NCBI GenBank assembly: GCA_963768425.1
Contig: CAVYHV010000009.1
Span: forward strand, 160,001-224,000
From: Candidatus Bathyarchaeota archaeon
Lineage (GTDB): Archaea > Thermoproteota > Bathyarchaeia > Bathyarchaeales > Bathycorpusculaceae
DNA length: 64,000 bases
Reading direction: 5' to 3'
Part shown: piece after piece, positions 1 through 10,200 of the stretch
How the letters are laid out: every line of letters begins with the position of its first letter
How positions within the stretch are numbered: position 1 is the stretch's first letter
The notes under the pieces: generated by a model
Databases searched by the model: none
Told to the model about the DNA's origin: nothing
The model's input: only the letters and a program-made list of their open reading frames with translations
Program-made: the position numbers and the translations under genes

Positions 1-391
1 AATGATCTTGGAGTAAAGACCGAATTTATTTTGATATAAGCACTTTTAGCCTGTTATGTAATTAATGGGCGAACCAATAATTTTTTTGTTACCGCTTACG
101 CGTAGTCAAAATCACCTTAAATGACAGTAGTTTAAATTTAATATCCATATTTTGATCACTAACTACCTGAAGGGCAAAAACCAAATTATTTTTTCTCGTA
201 CTTTTCTTTCGCTCATAAGACCTTTTCAACGGCGTGGTTTAAATTTGCCTATTGAAGAAATAGTCAAAACTTAAAAAGCTAAAACAAATTAACACTATTA
301 TTCAGATAATAACTCCAATCAAAATAAGAAGGGTTCCAAACATATCTCTATTGTGATGGTTATGGTAGGTCTCAAATTTATTTTTGTAAAT

Positions 392-955
392 ATGATTCAT
401 GTTGGTCAACTTCCAAAGGGAAAAGTGACAATAGGAAAGCATACTTATGGAACTCCTATTATACAATCAGTTAGTAAATATAACAAGATCACCATAGGCA
501 ATTATTGTTCGATTGGTACAGACGTAATTTTGATTCCTAGGGTGGGTCATATTCTTCCAAAAGAATATAGGAATTTTTGCGTAACGACATTTCCATTAAC
601 TTTGTTAAAAAATAGTACGTGGAAACCTGAATATGAACATCCACTCAAAAGAAATGATGGAATTATCAATATTGGAAACGATGTTTGGATAGGAGCACGT
701 GCAATAATTAATCCAGGAGTCACGGTAGGTGACGGAGCAGTAATAGGTTCTGGTTCAGTAGTGACTCATGATATAGAACCTTATTCTATTGTAGCTGGAA
801 GTCCAGCTAAAGTCATTAATTATAGGTATAACCGAGAACAAATAAGCAAATTGCTAAGAATTGCTTGGTGGAATTGGGATGAAAAGAAAATTATTGAAAA
901 TCTTGATTTCATGTATGGAGATGTTAATAAGTTCATTGAGAAATTTTCAGAATGA
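392..955 (+). CDS. CatB/Vat-like hexapeptide-repeat O-acetyltransferase
   Basis: IGNYCSIG, IGNDVWIG, IGSGSVVTHD, IVAGSPAK and C-terminal LLRIAWWNW; ATG 392 preferred over GTG 353; very AT-rich. Confidence 0.9.
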   Translation: MIHVGQLPKGKVTIGKHTYGTPIIQSVSKYNKITIGNYCSIGTDVILIPRVGHILPKEYRNFCVTTFPLTLLKNSTWKPEYEHPLKRNDGIINIGNDVWIGARAIINPGVTVGDGAVIGSGSVVTHDIEPYSIVAGSPAKVINYRYNREQISKLLRIAWWNWDEKKIIENLDFMYGDVNKFIEKFSE

Positions 956-986
956 GCAAATTATTTGATATGAAAAAACCCATAAC

Positions 987-1007
987 AACTTCAGGGACAG
1001 ATGCAGC
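987..1007 (-). mobile_element. IS-like terminal inverted repeat, degenerate copy
   Basis: Reverse complement GCTGCATCTGTCCCTGAAGTT resembles GCTGCATTTGTCCCGAAATT (reverse complement of 48871-48890). Confidence 0.5.
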
Positions 1008-1166
1008 CACTTGTGTGACTCAGTATCCTGATTTGGGAGAGAATACTTTTGATTTAACATTTCCTTTAGGCTAATTGACTACTTCCCTTCATTTTTCAAT
1101 AACAAAACTTGTTTTTGACGGAAAAAGATAACTTTAGCCAAACTATAAATTCATTCTTAAGTTGCA

Positions 1167-2123
1167 ATGTCGAGAGTTGAAGTTTGTTTGCATGTTGCTC
1201 AAATAGGAACTGGACGTGTAGGACGACCGACGGCTTATACAATTTTATGTGCGGGGTTAGCTAATACGTTGACCGTTTGTGACACTAAGCCTGGGCTTGC
1301 TGCGGCTTTTGCAGAGGAGTTAAAGCATGTTACTGCTAGTTCTGGTCTTGAAGTAGAAATAAATGCTTGTGACAAAGATGAAGATGTAGCGGGCGCAGAT
1401 GTTTTGTTAATTGCTGCAGGGGAGCCGCGGACTCCTGGAGTTAAAATGTCTCGTCGTGATCTCGCGATTCAGAACGCGAAGGTAATAAAGTCTATTGCAG
1501 AAGCCACCGCTCCAAGAAATCGTGGAGCAAAATATATTGTTATCTCCAATCCTGTTGATGCAATGGCAATGATTTGCAAGAAATACACGAAAGCTGACTT
1601 TGTTATAAGCACAGGGACAAATCTTGAATCTTTAAGATTCAGGTCTAAGTTGGCCAGTGTGTTTCAGGTTTCTCCTTCCAAGGTTGAAGGTTGGGTTGGA
1701 GGGGAACACGGCGATGCCGCAGTTTCCTTGTGGTCAACCACTAAAATAATGGGTTTAATGGCAGAAGAATACGCGAAATCTTGTAACATGGTTTTTTGTA
1801 AAACACACATTGAGTCCTATGTGAAGTCAGTTTCTAAATTCATCGTTGATAACATAGGCGGAACGGAGTATGGACCAGCCGCTTCATTTAGAGATATCGT
1901 GCGTGCAATAGTAATGAATACTCATGAATTTCTGTCCGTTGCCTCGCCAGTTAAATTTGAAGGCATTTCTGAACCCGTGTTTGTGGGAGTACCTCTGCGG
2001 CTTGGTGAGTCCATAGGTTCTTCCTTATACCAAAGTCTTTCCGAGGGAGAACAGACAAGCCTAATTGAAGCTGCAAAAGCCATCTATCAAACGTACTTAC
2101 TAACGATAGAGAATTTAGAGTAG
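1167..2123 (+). CDS. Malate/lactate dehydrogenase family protein
   Basis: GTGRVG Rossmann motif, AGEPR..SRRDL, SNPVD, GEHGD; true start may be TTG ~1188. Confidence 0.9.
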   Translation: MSRVEVCLHVAQIGTGRVGRPTAYTILCAGLANTLTVCDTKPGLAAAFAEELKHVTASSGLEVEINACDKDEDVAGADVLLIAAGEPRTPGVKMSRRDLAIQNAKVIKSIAEATAPRNRGAKYIVISNPVDAMAMICKKYTKADFVISTGTNLESLRFRSKLASVFQVSPSKVEGWVGGEHGDAAVSLWSTTKIMGLMAEEYAKSCNMVFCKTHIESYVKSVSKFIVDNIGGTEYGPAASFRDIVRAIVMNTHEFLSVASPVKFEGISEPVFVGVPLRLGESIGSSLYQSLSEGEQTSLIEAAKAIYQTYLLTIENLE

Positions 2124-2686
2124 CAGCTCAACTTTCTTTCTCTTTCTTGTTGCTTGCTTTCGCCTCAATAATCACTTAGTTGCCTGCATAGTTGGCTGAA
2201 CAAAGCTGTCAATTCTTTAGCCGCAATACGAAAAAATTTGGTCAAGAAAATTTAGAATTAAGTAAAGGATCAGACTGATAGAATAGTTAACGAGAGCAAA
2301 CTATTTGATAATCTTGCTGATGTAGAAAAGCGTGTGTAGCTCCTCTCTTATCACGAGGTGTTGATGTAAGTTGATGAGGCTGCTACCTGTAGTCATCTTA
2401 TGTTTTTTTGCTGCTCTCTACTCAGAAATAAGGACAAGTAATGCAAAATGGGAGTAGGTAATGGTTTCTAAGCTTCTGACTTTGTTTAGGTCAATGCTAT
2501 ACCAAGTCTTCCTCTTCAGAAACACCGACTGAAGCTTTGCTAAGACATTATGTGTGGTTGCTTGCATGTTTCTGGGGTTCATTTTGAGGAGATCAAAATG
2601 GCATATAGTTCATTAGCAAATTTGTCCTGATATCAGAAAAGTATTTGAGATGCGTTTTGTTATGCTAATATTCTTGCTGGGTCCGA

Positions 2687-4267
2687 TTGGAGCATGGTTT
2701 TGAGGTGTCTCAACAAATTGTTAGGCAAGGTCATGGCGAGAAGCCACGTATTCTTTTAGTTAATCCTCCATATTACACATTGTTCAAGCAGAATTATTCA
2801 TACAACAAGTATCCGCTTTCCCTTGGCTATTTAGCCGGAGCGATAAGAAAAGAAACAGACTGGGCTGTTACCGTTTACAACGGTGATTTTTTTTCTCCCT
2901 CAGAAATGTGGCAAATAAGTTTTCTTTCCGGTGAAGGATTTGCAAATTTTAGAGCTAATTTAAGCGACCCACATAAGTCTGTCTGGAATCGTTTTAGAAA
3001 TATACTTAATGAAATAAAGCCAAACGTCATAGGTATTTACATTAATGTTGGCAATTGCTCTTCCGGAGCAATCCTTGCTGCAATAGCAAAAGAGTTCGAC
3101 AAGAAAACAATTATTATTCTAGGGGGTCCGCATCCAACTTCAATAGGAAAGGAAGCGATGCATGACCAAAACGTGGATGTTGTTGTCAAGGGTGAGGGTG
3201 AGCAAACAATAGTTGAGTTGTTAAAGAAGATAGAGGAGTCCAAATCGCTTGAATCAGTTGAAGGAATTATTTTTAGAGATTCCAACGTAGTCGTTGAAAA
3301 CGCTGACAGGGAACCAATTTGCGATTTGGATTCTTTATGTTTTCCAAGTGAACACGCTGAAGAAATGCTCATAGATTACGAAAAATATCCTGTCTCAGCA
3401 TTCAACCAAATTCGTGCCACGCGCGGATGCCCGCATAAATGTTTTTTTTGTGGATCCAGAATTGTATTTCCCGGGAAAACCAGGCTTAGATCAGTTGAAA
3501 ACGTCGTAGATGAGATAAAGTTTCTTCAGAAAAAGGGTATAAAGCTATTTGAATTTCTCGATGACACCTTTGGTGTAAACAAGACTTACTTAATGAAACT
3601 ATGCAATAGCTTGACGAAGAATTGCCCTGGAATACGTTGGAATTGCTACACCCACGCCAACTTGATTACTGAAGAGACAGTTATGGCATTGAAGAATGCA
3701 GGGTGCTACCAGATTGAAATGGGCATTGAATCAGGAAACAACAGAACATTGAGCCAGATGCGAAAGGGAATTACAATTGAACAAGCAATTTCAGCAGCAG
3801 AAATCATCAGTAGAAGCGGCATCGAAAATCGTGCCAACTTCCTCATAGGTTTCCCTGATGAAACTGAAGAAACACTAAATGATACTTTCAATGCTATGAA
3901 AAAAATAAGCGGTCGACTCGGGTACAGTGTTTTCACCCCTTATCCCGGAACGGAAGCTTTTGAATACTGCAAAAACGCCGGGTTAGTTGTTAGCGGCTAC
4001 GATGCTTCACTTTACAACCATCAAAGCCCAGAAAACTGTTTCTATTCTCGCATTAGCAAGAAGCGATTCAGAGAAATTGCAAATGAGATAGAAAAATATG
4101 TGGACAAACGAAATAGCCGAATGGACGCCCGCAACGTTTTTTCTGATTACGCAATATATACATTGTTGAATTACGGCGCTTTTCGTGATGTAGCTTCTTT
4201 CAAAAGATTTGCTAGAAGTGCATTTATCCAAGCGAGGCTAATTGTGAAGAACTTGGTTTCGCAGTAA
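2687..4267 (+). CDS. B12-binding radical SAM protein
   Basis: ILLVNPP, PLSLGYLA, GGPHPT, GEGE, RGCPHKCFFC (CxxxCxxC), DDTF, GIESG, PYPGT. Confidence 0.93.
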   Translation: MEHGFEVSQQIVRQGHGEKPRILLVNPPYYTLFKQNYSYNKYPLSLGYLAGAIRKETDWAVTVYNGDFFSPSEMWQISFLSGEGFANFRANLSDPHKSVWNRFRNILNEIKPNVIGIYINVGNCSSGAILAAIAKEFDKKTIIILGGPHPTSIGKEAMHDQNVDVVVKGEGEQTIVELLKKIEESKSLESVEGIIFRDSNVVVENADREPICDLDSLCFPSEHAEEMLIDYEKYPVSAFNQIRATRGCPHKCFFCGSRIVFPGKTRLRSVENVVDEIKFLQKKGIKLFEFLDDTFGVNKTYLMKLCNSLTKNCPGIRWNCYTHANLITEETVMALKNAGCYQIEMGIESGNNRTLSQMRKGITIEQAISAAEIISRSGIENRANFLIGFPDETEETLNDTFNAMKKISGRLGYSVFTPYPGTEAFEYCKNAGLVVSGYDASLYNHQSPENCFYSRISKKRFREIANEIEKYVDKRNSRMDARNVFSDYAIYTLLNYGAFRDVASFKRFARSAFIQARLIVKNLVSQ

Positions 4268-4739
4268 TTATAGGGTCCACGCTAACGCAAGTTACACAAG
4301 GGCCGTGTCTAAAAAGCTCGCCATTTTGATTGCTTGAACTAATCAAGTATTTTTACGCGCAATTCCATGTTTTTGAATGGTCTCTGTTTCCAAATTATTT
4401 TCCGAGGAGACCGATGCATCGGCTTCGGCTTGATTGCGCGCAGTTACCCTTGTTGGACTGTTGATTGCATGTCGATGATGCAGAATAAAAGATGAAATTT
4501 CATTTTAGCCGGTTTTTTTAGATTTTCTGCGATCTTGCTCTGTGTACAATAAGTATGTACATGATGATGAGATGTGTTTGTGCAATGTGCTTGGAGGCAT
4601 GCCACCGGCGGGGCTGATTACTGAAATTATGTTCCGGTATTCGAAAGCAACACCGCAGCGTCAGTTCTATCTGTTTCCCGCGTTAAGCAACTCAGTCAAT
4701 AGGTTGATGCGGTTTTAGATTTTGGCGTTGAAGAAAGGG

Positions 4740-6494
4740 TTATAGCCTGTGTAGGTGAAAGTGCAGAAATTGATGAAATTTTCGTATTAGTGGTGATCTC
4801 ATAATCAGTTTTGGGGTTGATGTTTGAGTTAGTTTAGTAGTTAGGTGTGCTGCAGAATTAGTTTGACTTAATACAGTTGTTGGGGTAGGAGTAGCGCAGG
4901 CTGTCGGGCTAGTAGTTAGTGCTTGGGTTGAATTAGCAGTTGGTGTTGATGTTGGTGTTGGGGTTGGTGTTGATGTTGGCGTTGGTGTAATAGTCGAGCT
5001 TGTTGCACTTGTTGGAATAGGGGTGGCGGAGGCTGTCGGGCAAGCAGTTAGTGCTTGGGTTGAATCAGTTGTTGGTGTTAGCGTAGCCGTTTGTGTGGTT
5101 ATGGTTAGTTGGGGGTTTGCGAACCATGCTTGACCTGAATCGCTGGCGCCGTATGTTGAGCTCCAAACTTGCATCCAAGGAATTATCGCGGTCGGTATGA
5201 TCATTTGTCCTGCGGAATAGCCTCCTGTTGTGCCGTCGGCGGGATAAGTTGATGGTACGGTAAAGCTTATTGTTACTTGGGTCCAGGTGTTTGTGTTCCA
5301 GTTGACGTATGTTTGTCCGTTTGGCCAGCCGCTTGTGGGTGTCCAAACGCTTCCGTCTGGCGCGTCAGTGCCAGTTATTCGCCCGGCAGCACTATAGAAG
5401 TCTATTCCGACTCTTCCGCCGCTGCATGGGTTTGTGTCGCCAAGGCTGCTTGCGGTGGTTTTTATCCAGCAGCTAAAGACTATTTGGTCGCCTGGTGCTA
5501 TTGAAATGTAGGGGCCGTCGCATTCTCTTGCGGGGTTGCCTGTGTTGCCTGGGGGGTCTATTCTGATTGTGGGGTTTCCGTTGTAAAGTACATTTGTATC
5601 TAAAACAACATTTGCTACTCCGCCGATTCCCCATTCCATGCCTGTATCTGCCGTAGTCCAGCCGTTTGGAATAGGTGCCAAGTTATTTGCTATGGGCGTT
5701 GGGGTTGACGTTGATGTTGGCGTTGGTGTAATCGTTGAGTTTGTTGAAGTGGTTAGAGTTGGTGTTGGAGGTATGGTTGTGTCTTGTGCAAGTGTCGGCA
5801 ACCCACTTGGATTTATCATGATGTTCATTCCACCAAACTGGGCATATCCGCCATCGCTTGCTCCGTATATGTCACTCCAAACCTGTAGCCATGGGATCAT
5901 CATTGTAGGATTCACATATTGTCCTGCTGGGAAACCGTTGCATGGGTATAATTCTCCGTCAGATTGGTAACATGAAGGAACAGTAAAGTTCATTGTTAAC
6001 AAAGTCCATGTGCTTGTACCCCATTCAACAAATTTTGTATCTGAAGCATTATCATAGCTATTTCCTCCGTCTGGTCCAACTCCAGTTATTCTTGTGCAAC
6101 CGTTATACATGTCTATGCCAATTCTGCCTCCTGCGAATGGATTGTTGTAGTCGTTGAGAGTGCTTGGAGAAGTTTTTATCCAGCATTCGAAAACTATATT
6201 GTCACCTGGCGAAATTTGAATTGCTGGGCCAACGCAATCTCTTGCAACATTATCAGCTGAGTTACCGCCTACGGTTAGAGGATTAATCTGTATGGATTGA
6301 ACTCCGCTATAAGTGCTCGTTGTGTTAAAAATAACATTACTCCAGTATCCTACATCTCCGAAGCCACCTGTCCAAGCTGACGGAACTGGAACCAAATTTG
6401 TGTTATCAGCCAAGGATGTAGCAAGGCCGCTTAGGCAGAGACTTAGGCATAGCAAATTAATCAGAAGAATTATTAGCTTGTTTCTGGCATTCAC
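4740..6494 (-). CDS. Secreted protein with two tandem ~190-aa beta-sandwich (CBM-like) domains and Thr/Pro linkers
   Basis: Signal peptide; duplicated motifs PGDxIVFxCWIKT, GGRxGIDxY, IPWxQVWSxxYGASD; TP-rich linkers. Confidence 0.8.
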   Translation of the reverse strand: MNARNKLIILLINLLCLSLCLSGLATSLADNTNLVPVPSAWTGGFGDVGYWSNVIFNTTSTYSGVQSIQINPLTVGGNSADNVARDCVGPAIQISPGDNIVFECWIKTSPSTLNDYNNPFAGGRIGIDMYNGCTRITGVGPDGGNSYDNASDTKFVEWGTSTWTLLTMNFTVPSCYQSDGELYPCNGFPAGQYVNPTMMIPWLQVWSDIYGASDGGYAQFGGMNIMINPSGLPTLAQDTTIPPTPTLTTSTNSTITPTPTSTSTPTPIANNLAPIPNGWTTADTGMEWGIGGVANVVLDTNVLYNGNPTIRIDPPGNTGNPARECDGPYISIAPGDQIVFSCWIKTTASSLGDTNPCSGGRVGIDFYSAAGRITGTDAPDGSVWTPTSGWPNGQTYVNWNTNTWTQVTISFTVPSTYPADGTTGGYSAGQMIIPTAIIPWMQVWSSTYGASDSGQAWFANPQLTITTQTATLTPTTDSTQALTACPTASATPIPTSATSSTITPTPTSTPTPTPTSTPTANSTQALTTSPTACATPTPTTVLSQTNSAAHLTTKLTQTSTPKLIMRSPLIRKFHQFLHFHLHRL

Positions 6495-7218
6495 GCGCTT
6501 TCCTCTCTCGAATAAGGTTGATATTTGAGTCTAAAGTGATATTAGCGTGAGTGTGTACGAATTTCCATACACATTTTTCGGGCGATCCCTTTTGCGGCGT
6601 AGTTGACTGCGTCCAGTTTAGCGCTTAGGTTACTTACACTTCTCGACCTTTGTATGTCAAAATTATGAGATGCCCTCGTTTTTTCGTTCTTCTTTGATCC
6701 TGGAGATCATTTTTGCGGCCCTCCATAACTGGAGATGATTGCGCGTTGTCTTGGCGTGCCAACTCATTGAGTTTGTGTGAAAACGCAAAGTTGGTTTAAC
6801 AAAATACCTTTATATCTAAAAGTATTTGTTTTGCCATCGGAATAACCATAACTTTCATTTTTCTGAAATTGGAACTAGTTTTTGCACTTGTGTTCTTTTT
6901 GCCATAAGTCTTCTGTTGTAAGGTAGTCCTGCTATTTTTCTTAAAGGTTAGAGAGATAGCGAATAAAAGGCAGGTTTCTTTCTGTTTTTGGGCATCTTTC
7001 TGCTCGTTGTTGTTTCAAGTTCTCGTTCGATCATTGCCTTTGTGTCAAGGTTTGTTTTAAGGTTTTATTCTTGGATGCAGTTTTCAAAAACACTATTTCC
7101 TTGTTATTTCATTAAATTCTGGTTTCTGAGATTGCTTGGATATTGACCCTTGAACAATAAAGTTTATATTAAGATAGCGGACATCATTACTCCAATAAAA
7201 ACACACCGAGGTTTCAGA

Positions 7219-10200
7219 ATGATGAAAAAGAAAATCCTGATAGGTTTATTTATAATGTTATTTTTCATGTTAAGTTTCTCCGTAGTAATGTGTAGAGGAG
7301 ATGATTGGACGATGTCCCGTCATGATGCTACACATGCTGGATATTCCGCCTCAAACCCTGCCGCTGGATCTCAACTGTGGAACTTTCCCACTAGCAGTCT
7401 GGTTGAGTCGTCTCCTGTTGTTGTTGGTGGCGATCTCTACGTGGGCTCGGATGATGGTAATGTTTATGCTTTGAATGCTGCCACAGGTGTTCAACTCTGG
7501 AATTATCTAACTGGTGGTCAAGTTGTTTCAACTCCTGCTGTTGTTGGTAGCGTTGTCTACGTAGGTTCGGATGATGGTAATGTTTATGCTTTGAATGCTG
7601 CTACTGGTGCTAAAATCTGGGACTATGTAACTGGCAACGCGGTTGCGTCGTCTCCAACTGTTGTTGCTGGCGTTGTTTACGTAAGCTCTTATGATCGTAA
7701 TGTTTATGCTTTGAATGCTGCTACTGGTGCTAAGATTTGGAGCTTCTCTATTGCTACCCATGGGTTTTATTCGTCTCCTACTGTTGTTGGTGGCGTTGTC
7801 TACATAGGCGGATCTTCTGATGGTAGTGTTTATGCTTTGAATGCCGCCACTGGCGTTCAAATTTGGAGCTTCGTTACTGGTGGCGTAGTTTATTCGACTC
7901 CTACTGTTGTTAGTGGCGTAGTTTACGTGGGCTCGGATGATGGTAATGTTTATGCTTTGGATGCTGCTACTGGTGCTAAAGACTGGTCTTTCACCACTGA
8001 CGGTCCGATTTTGTGTTCTCTTGCTGTTAATAGTGGCTTTGTCTACGGCGGTACGGGTGAGGGAACTGTTTTTGCTTTGAATGCTGCGAGTGGCACAATG
8101 TTGTGGGACATACTCACTGGAAGCGCAGTTTATTCCTCTCCTGTTGTTAGCGGCGGAGTAGTCTACATAGGCTCCAATGATCACAATGTTTATGCTTTGA
8201 ACGATGCTACTGGCGTTCAAGTTTGGAGCTTTACTACTGGCGGTATAGTTTCTTCGGGTCCTGCTGTTGTCGGTGGCAGTGTTTACGTAGGTTCTTATGA
8301 TGGTAATGTTTATGCTTTGAATACTGCAACAGGCGTTAAGCAGTGGAGCTTTACTACTGGCGGTTTAGTTGCTTCGTCTCCTGCTGTTGTCGGCGGCGTT
8401 GTCTATGTAGGCTCAAATGATGGTAATGTTTATGCTTTAAATGCCATTACTGGCGTTAAGCAGTGGAGCTTTACTACTGACGGTATAGTTTCTTCGTCTC
8501 CTGCTGTTGTCGGCGGCTTAGTCTATGTAGGCTCAAATGATCACAATGTTTACGCTTTGAATGCTGCTACTGGAGCTGAAGTTTGGAGCTTTACTACTGG
8601 CGGCGAAGTTGGGTCGTCTCCTGCTGTTGTCGGCGGCGTTGTTTACGTAGGGTCTTATGATTTCAAAATTTATGCTCTGAACGCTGCTACCGGCGCTGAA
8701 TTATGGAGTACTAGCATTGGCGACACCGCTTATTCCTCTCCTGCTGTTGTCGGCGGCGTTGTCTATGTCGGCTCTTACGATGGTGATGTCTATGCTTTGA
8801 ATGCTGCCACTGGTGCTCAAGTTTGGAGCTTTCCAACTGGTGGTACAGTTGGGTCGTCTCCTGCTGTTGTCGGCGGCGTTGTTTACGTAGGCTCCCAAGA
8901 CGGTTACGTTTATGCTTTGAATGCTGCTACTGGTGTCCAACTCTGGAGTTACTTCACTAACGACTATGTTCTGTCGTCCCCTGCTGTTGTCGGCGGCGTA
9001 GTTTACATCGGCTCTAATAACGGCGACCTTTTCGCTTTGAATGCTGCAAGTGGCACTCAAATCTGGTTTTATCCAACTGGCGGCGCGGTTGAGTCGTCTC
9101 CTGCCGTTGTCGAAGGCGCAGTTTATGTAGGCTCGGGCGACGGTTACGTTTACGCTTTGAATACTGCGAACGGCGCCCCACTCTGGAGTTACAAAACAGG
9201 GGGCATTGTTGATTCGTCTCCTGCGGCTTACAATGGCGTAGTTTACGTTGGATCCAATGACGGCAACGTTTATGCTTTAGGCGCTTTAAACACTGTAACA
9301 TTCACTGAAACCGGATTGCCATCTGGAACATCATGGCACGTTACATTTAATGGCGCAACATCGTCATCAACCACAAACACAATAACATTCACCGACCAAT
9401 TCCAAGGAAACTACACCTGGACTACACCGGCCACAATATCGGGAGGCACAGGAATTCAATATGCGACACCAACTTCCGATTCATCCGGAACCATGAATGT
9501 CCCAACTCAAACAACACAAACCGTAGCATTCACTACTCAGTACCAAGTGACCGCAAGCTACAGCACTTCTGATGCTTCAACTCCCTCGTCTGCCGTAATT
9601 CTTACGGGAACCGCCTTGGGTTCAGTTTCAACGACAACTTTGACGACTTCAACCCAGCAGGTTTGGTTAGATGCTACTTCAAGCTGGAGCGTTAACAACC
9701 CAATCACTTCAGGCACTCAAAGATGGAATGCTGCTTCCGGCACATCTGGAACAGTAACTGGAGCCATAACGATTGCGCCATCTTACAACCATCAATACCA
9801 AGTGACTTTCACTCAGACAGGATTAACCAGCCGCGCAGGCACCGTCACCGTTCTCACTTTGGGAGGAGTAGCCTATACTTGGAATACTTTACCCACTAAC
9901 CTTTGGGTTAACAAGGGCACTACTTTCAGTTGGGCGTCTATTGTTGCAGGCGCTACAGGGGAACCATTCAATTTAACTGGTTCTTCAGGTCTCGCTTCGC
10001 CCATTGTCGCTTCAGGTACCGATGCAGCCACCTACTTGACCCAGTATCAGGTGACTTTCAATCAGACTGGAATAAATAGTGACGCTGGCAGCAACCCCGT
10101 TCTCACGTTGGGAGGAGTAGCTTACACTTGGAATACTTTGCCCACTGACCTTTGGGTTAACAGTGGAACCACTTTCAGTTGGACATCTTACGTTGCAGGC

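Noticed and set aside
392-955. Antibiotic resistance gene (vat/catB)
   Set aside because: The family motif is shared with sugar O-acetyltransferases, and the context favours glycan modification
4361-4378. AATTCCATGTTTTTGAA matching the reverse complement of ~13020-13037
   Set aside because: Short and AT-rich, and it does not extend convincingly
7369-9283. CRISPR-like array
   Set aside because: The repeats are in-frame coding blades with no unique spacers or cas genes
7528-9301. Antisense ORFs in repeat genes (also 16424-17488, 52340-53086)
   Set aside because: Shadow frames produced by repetitive, biased codon usage
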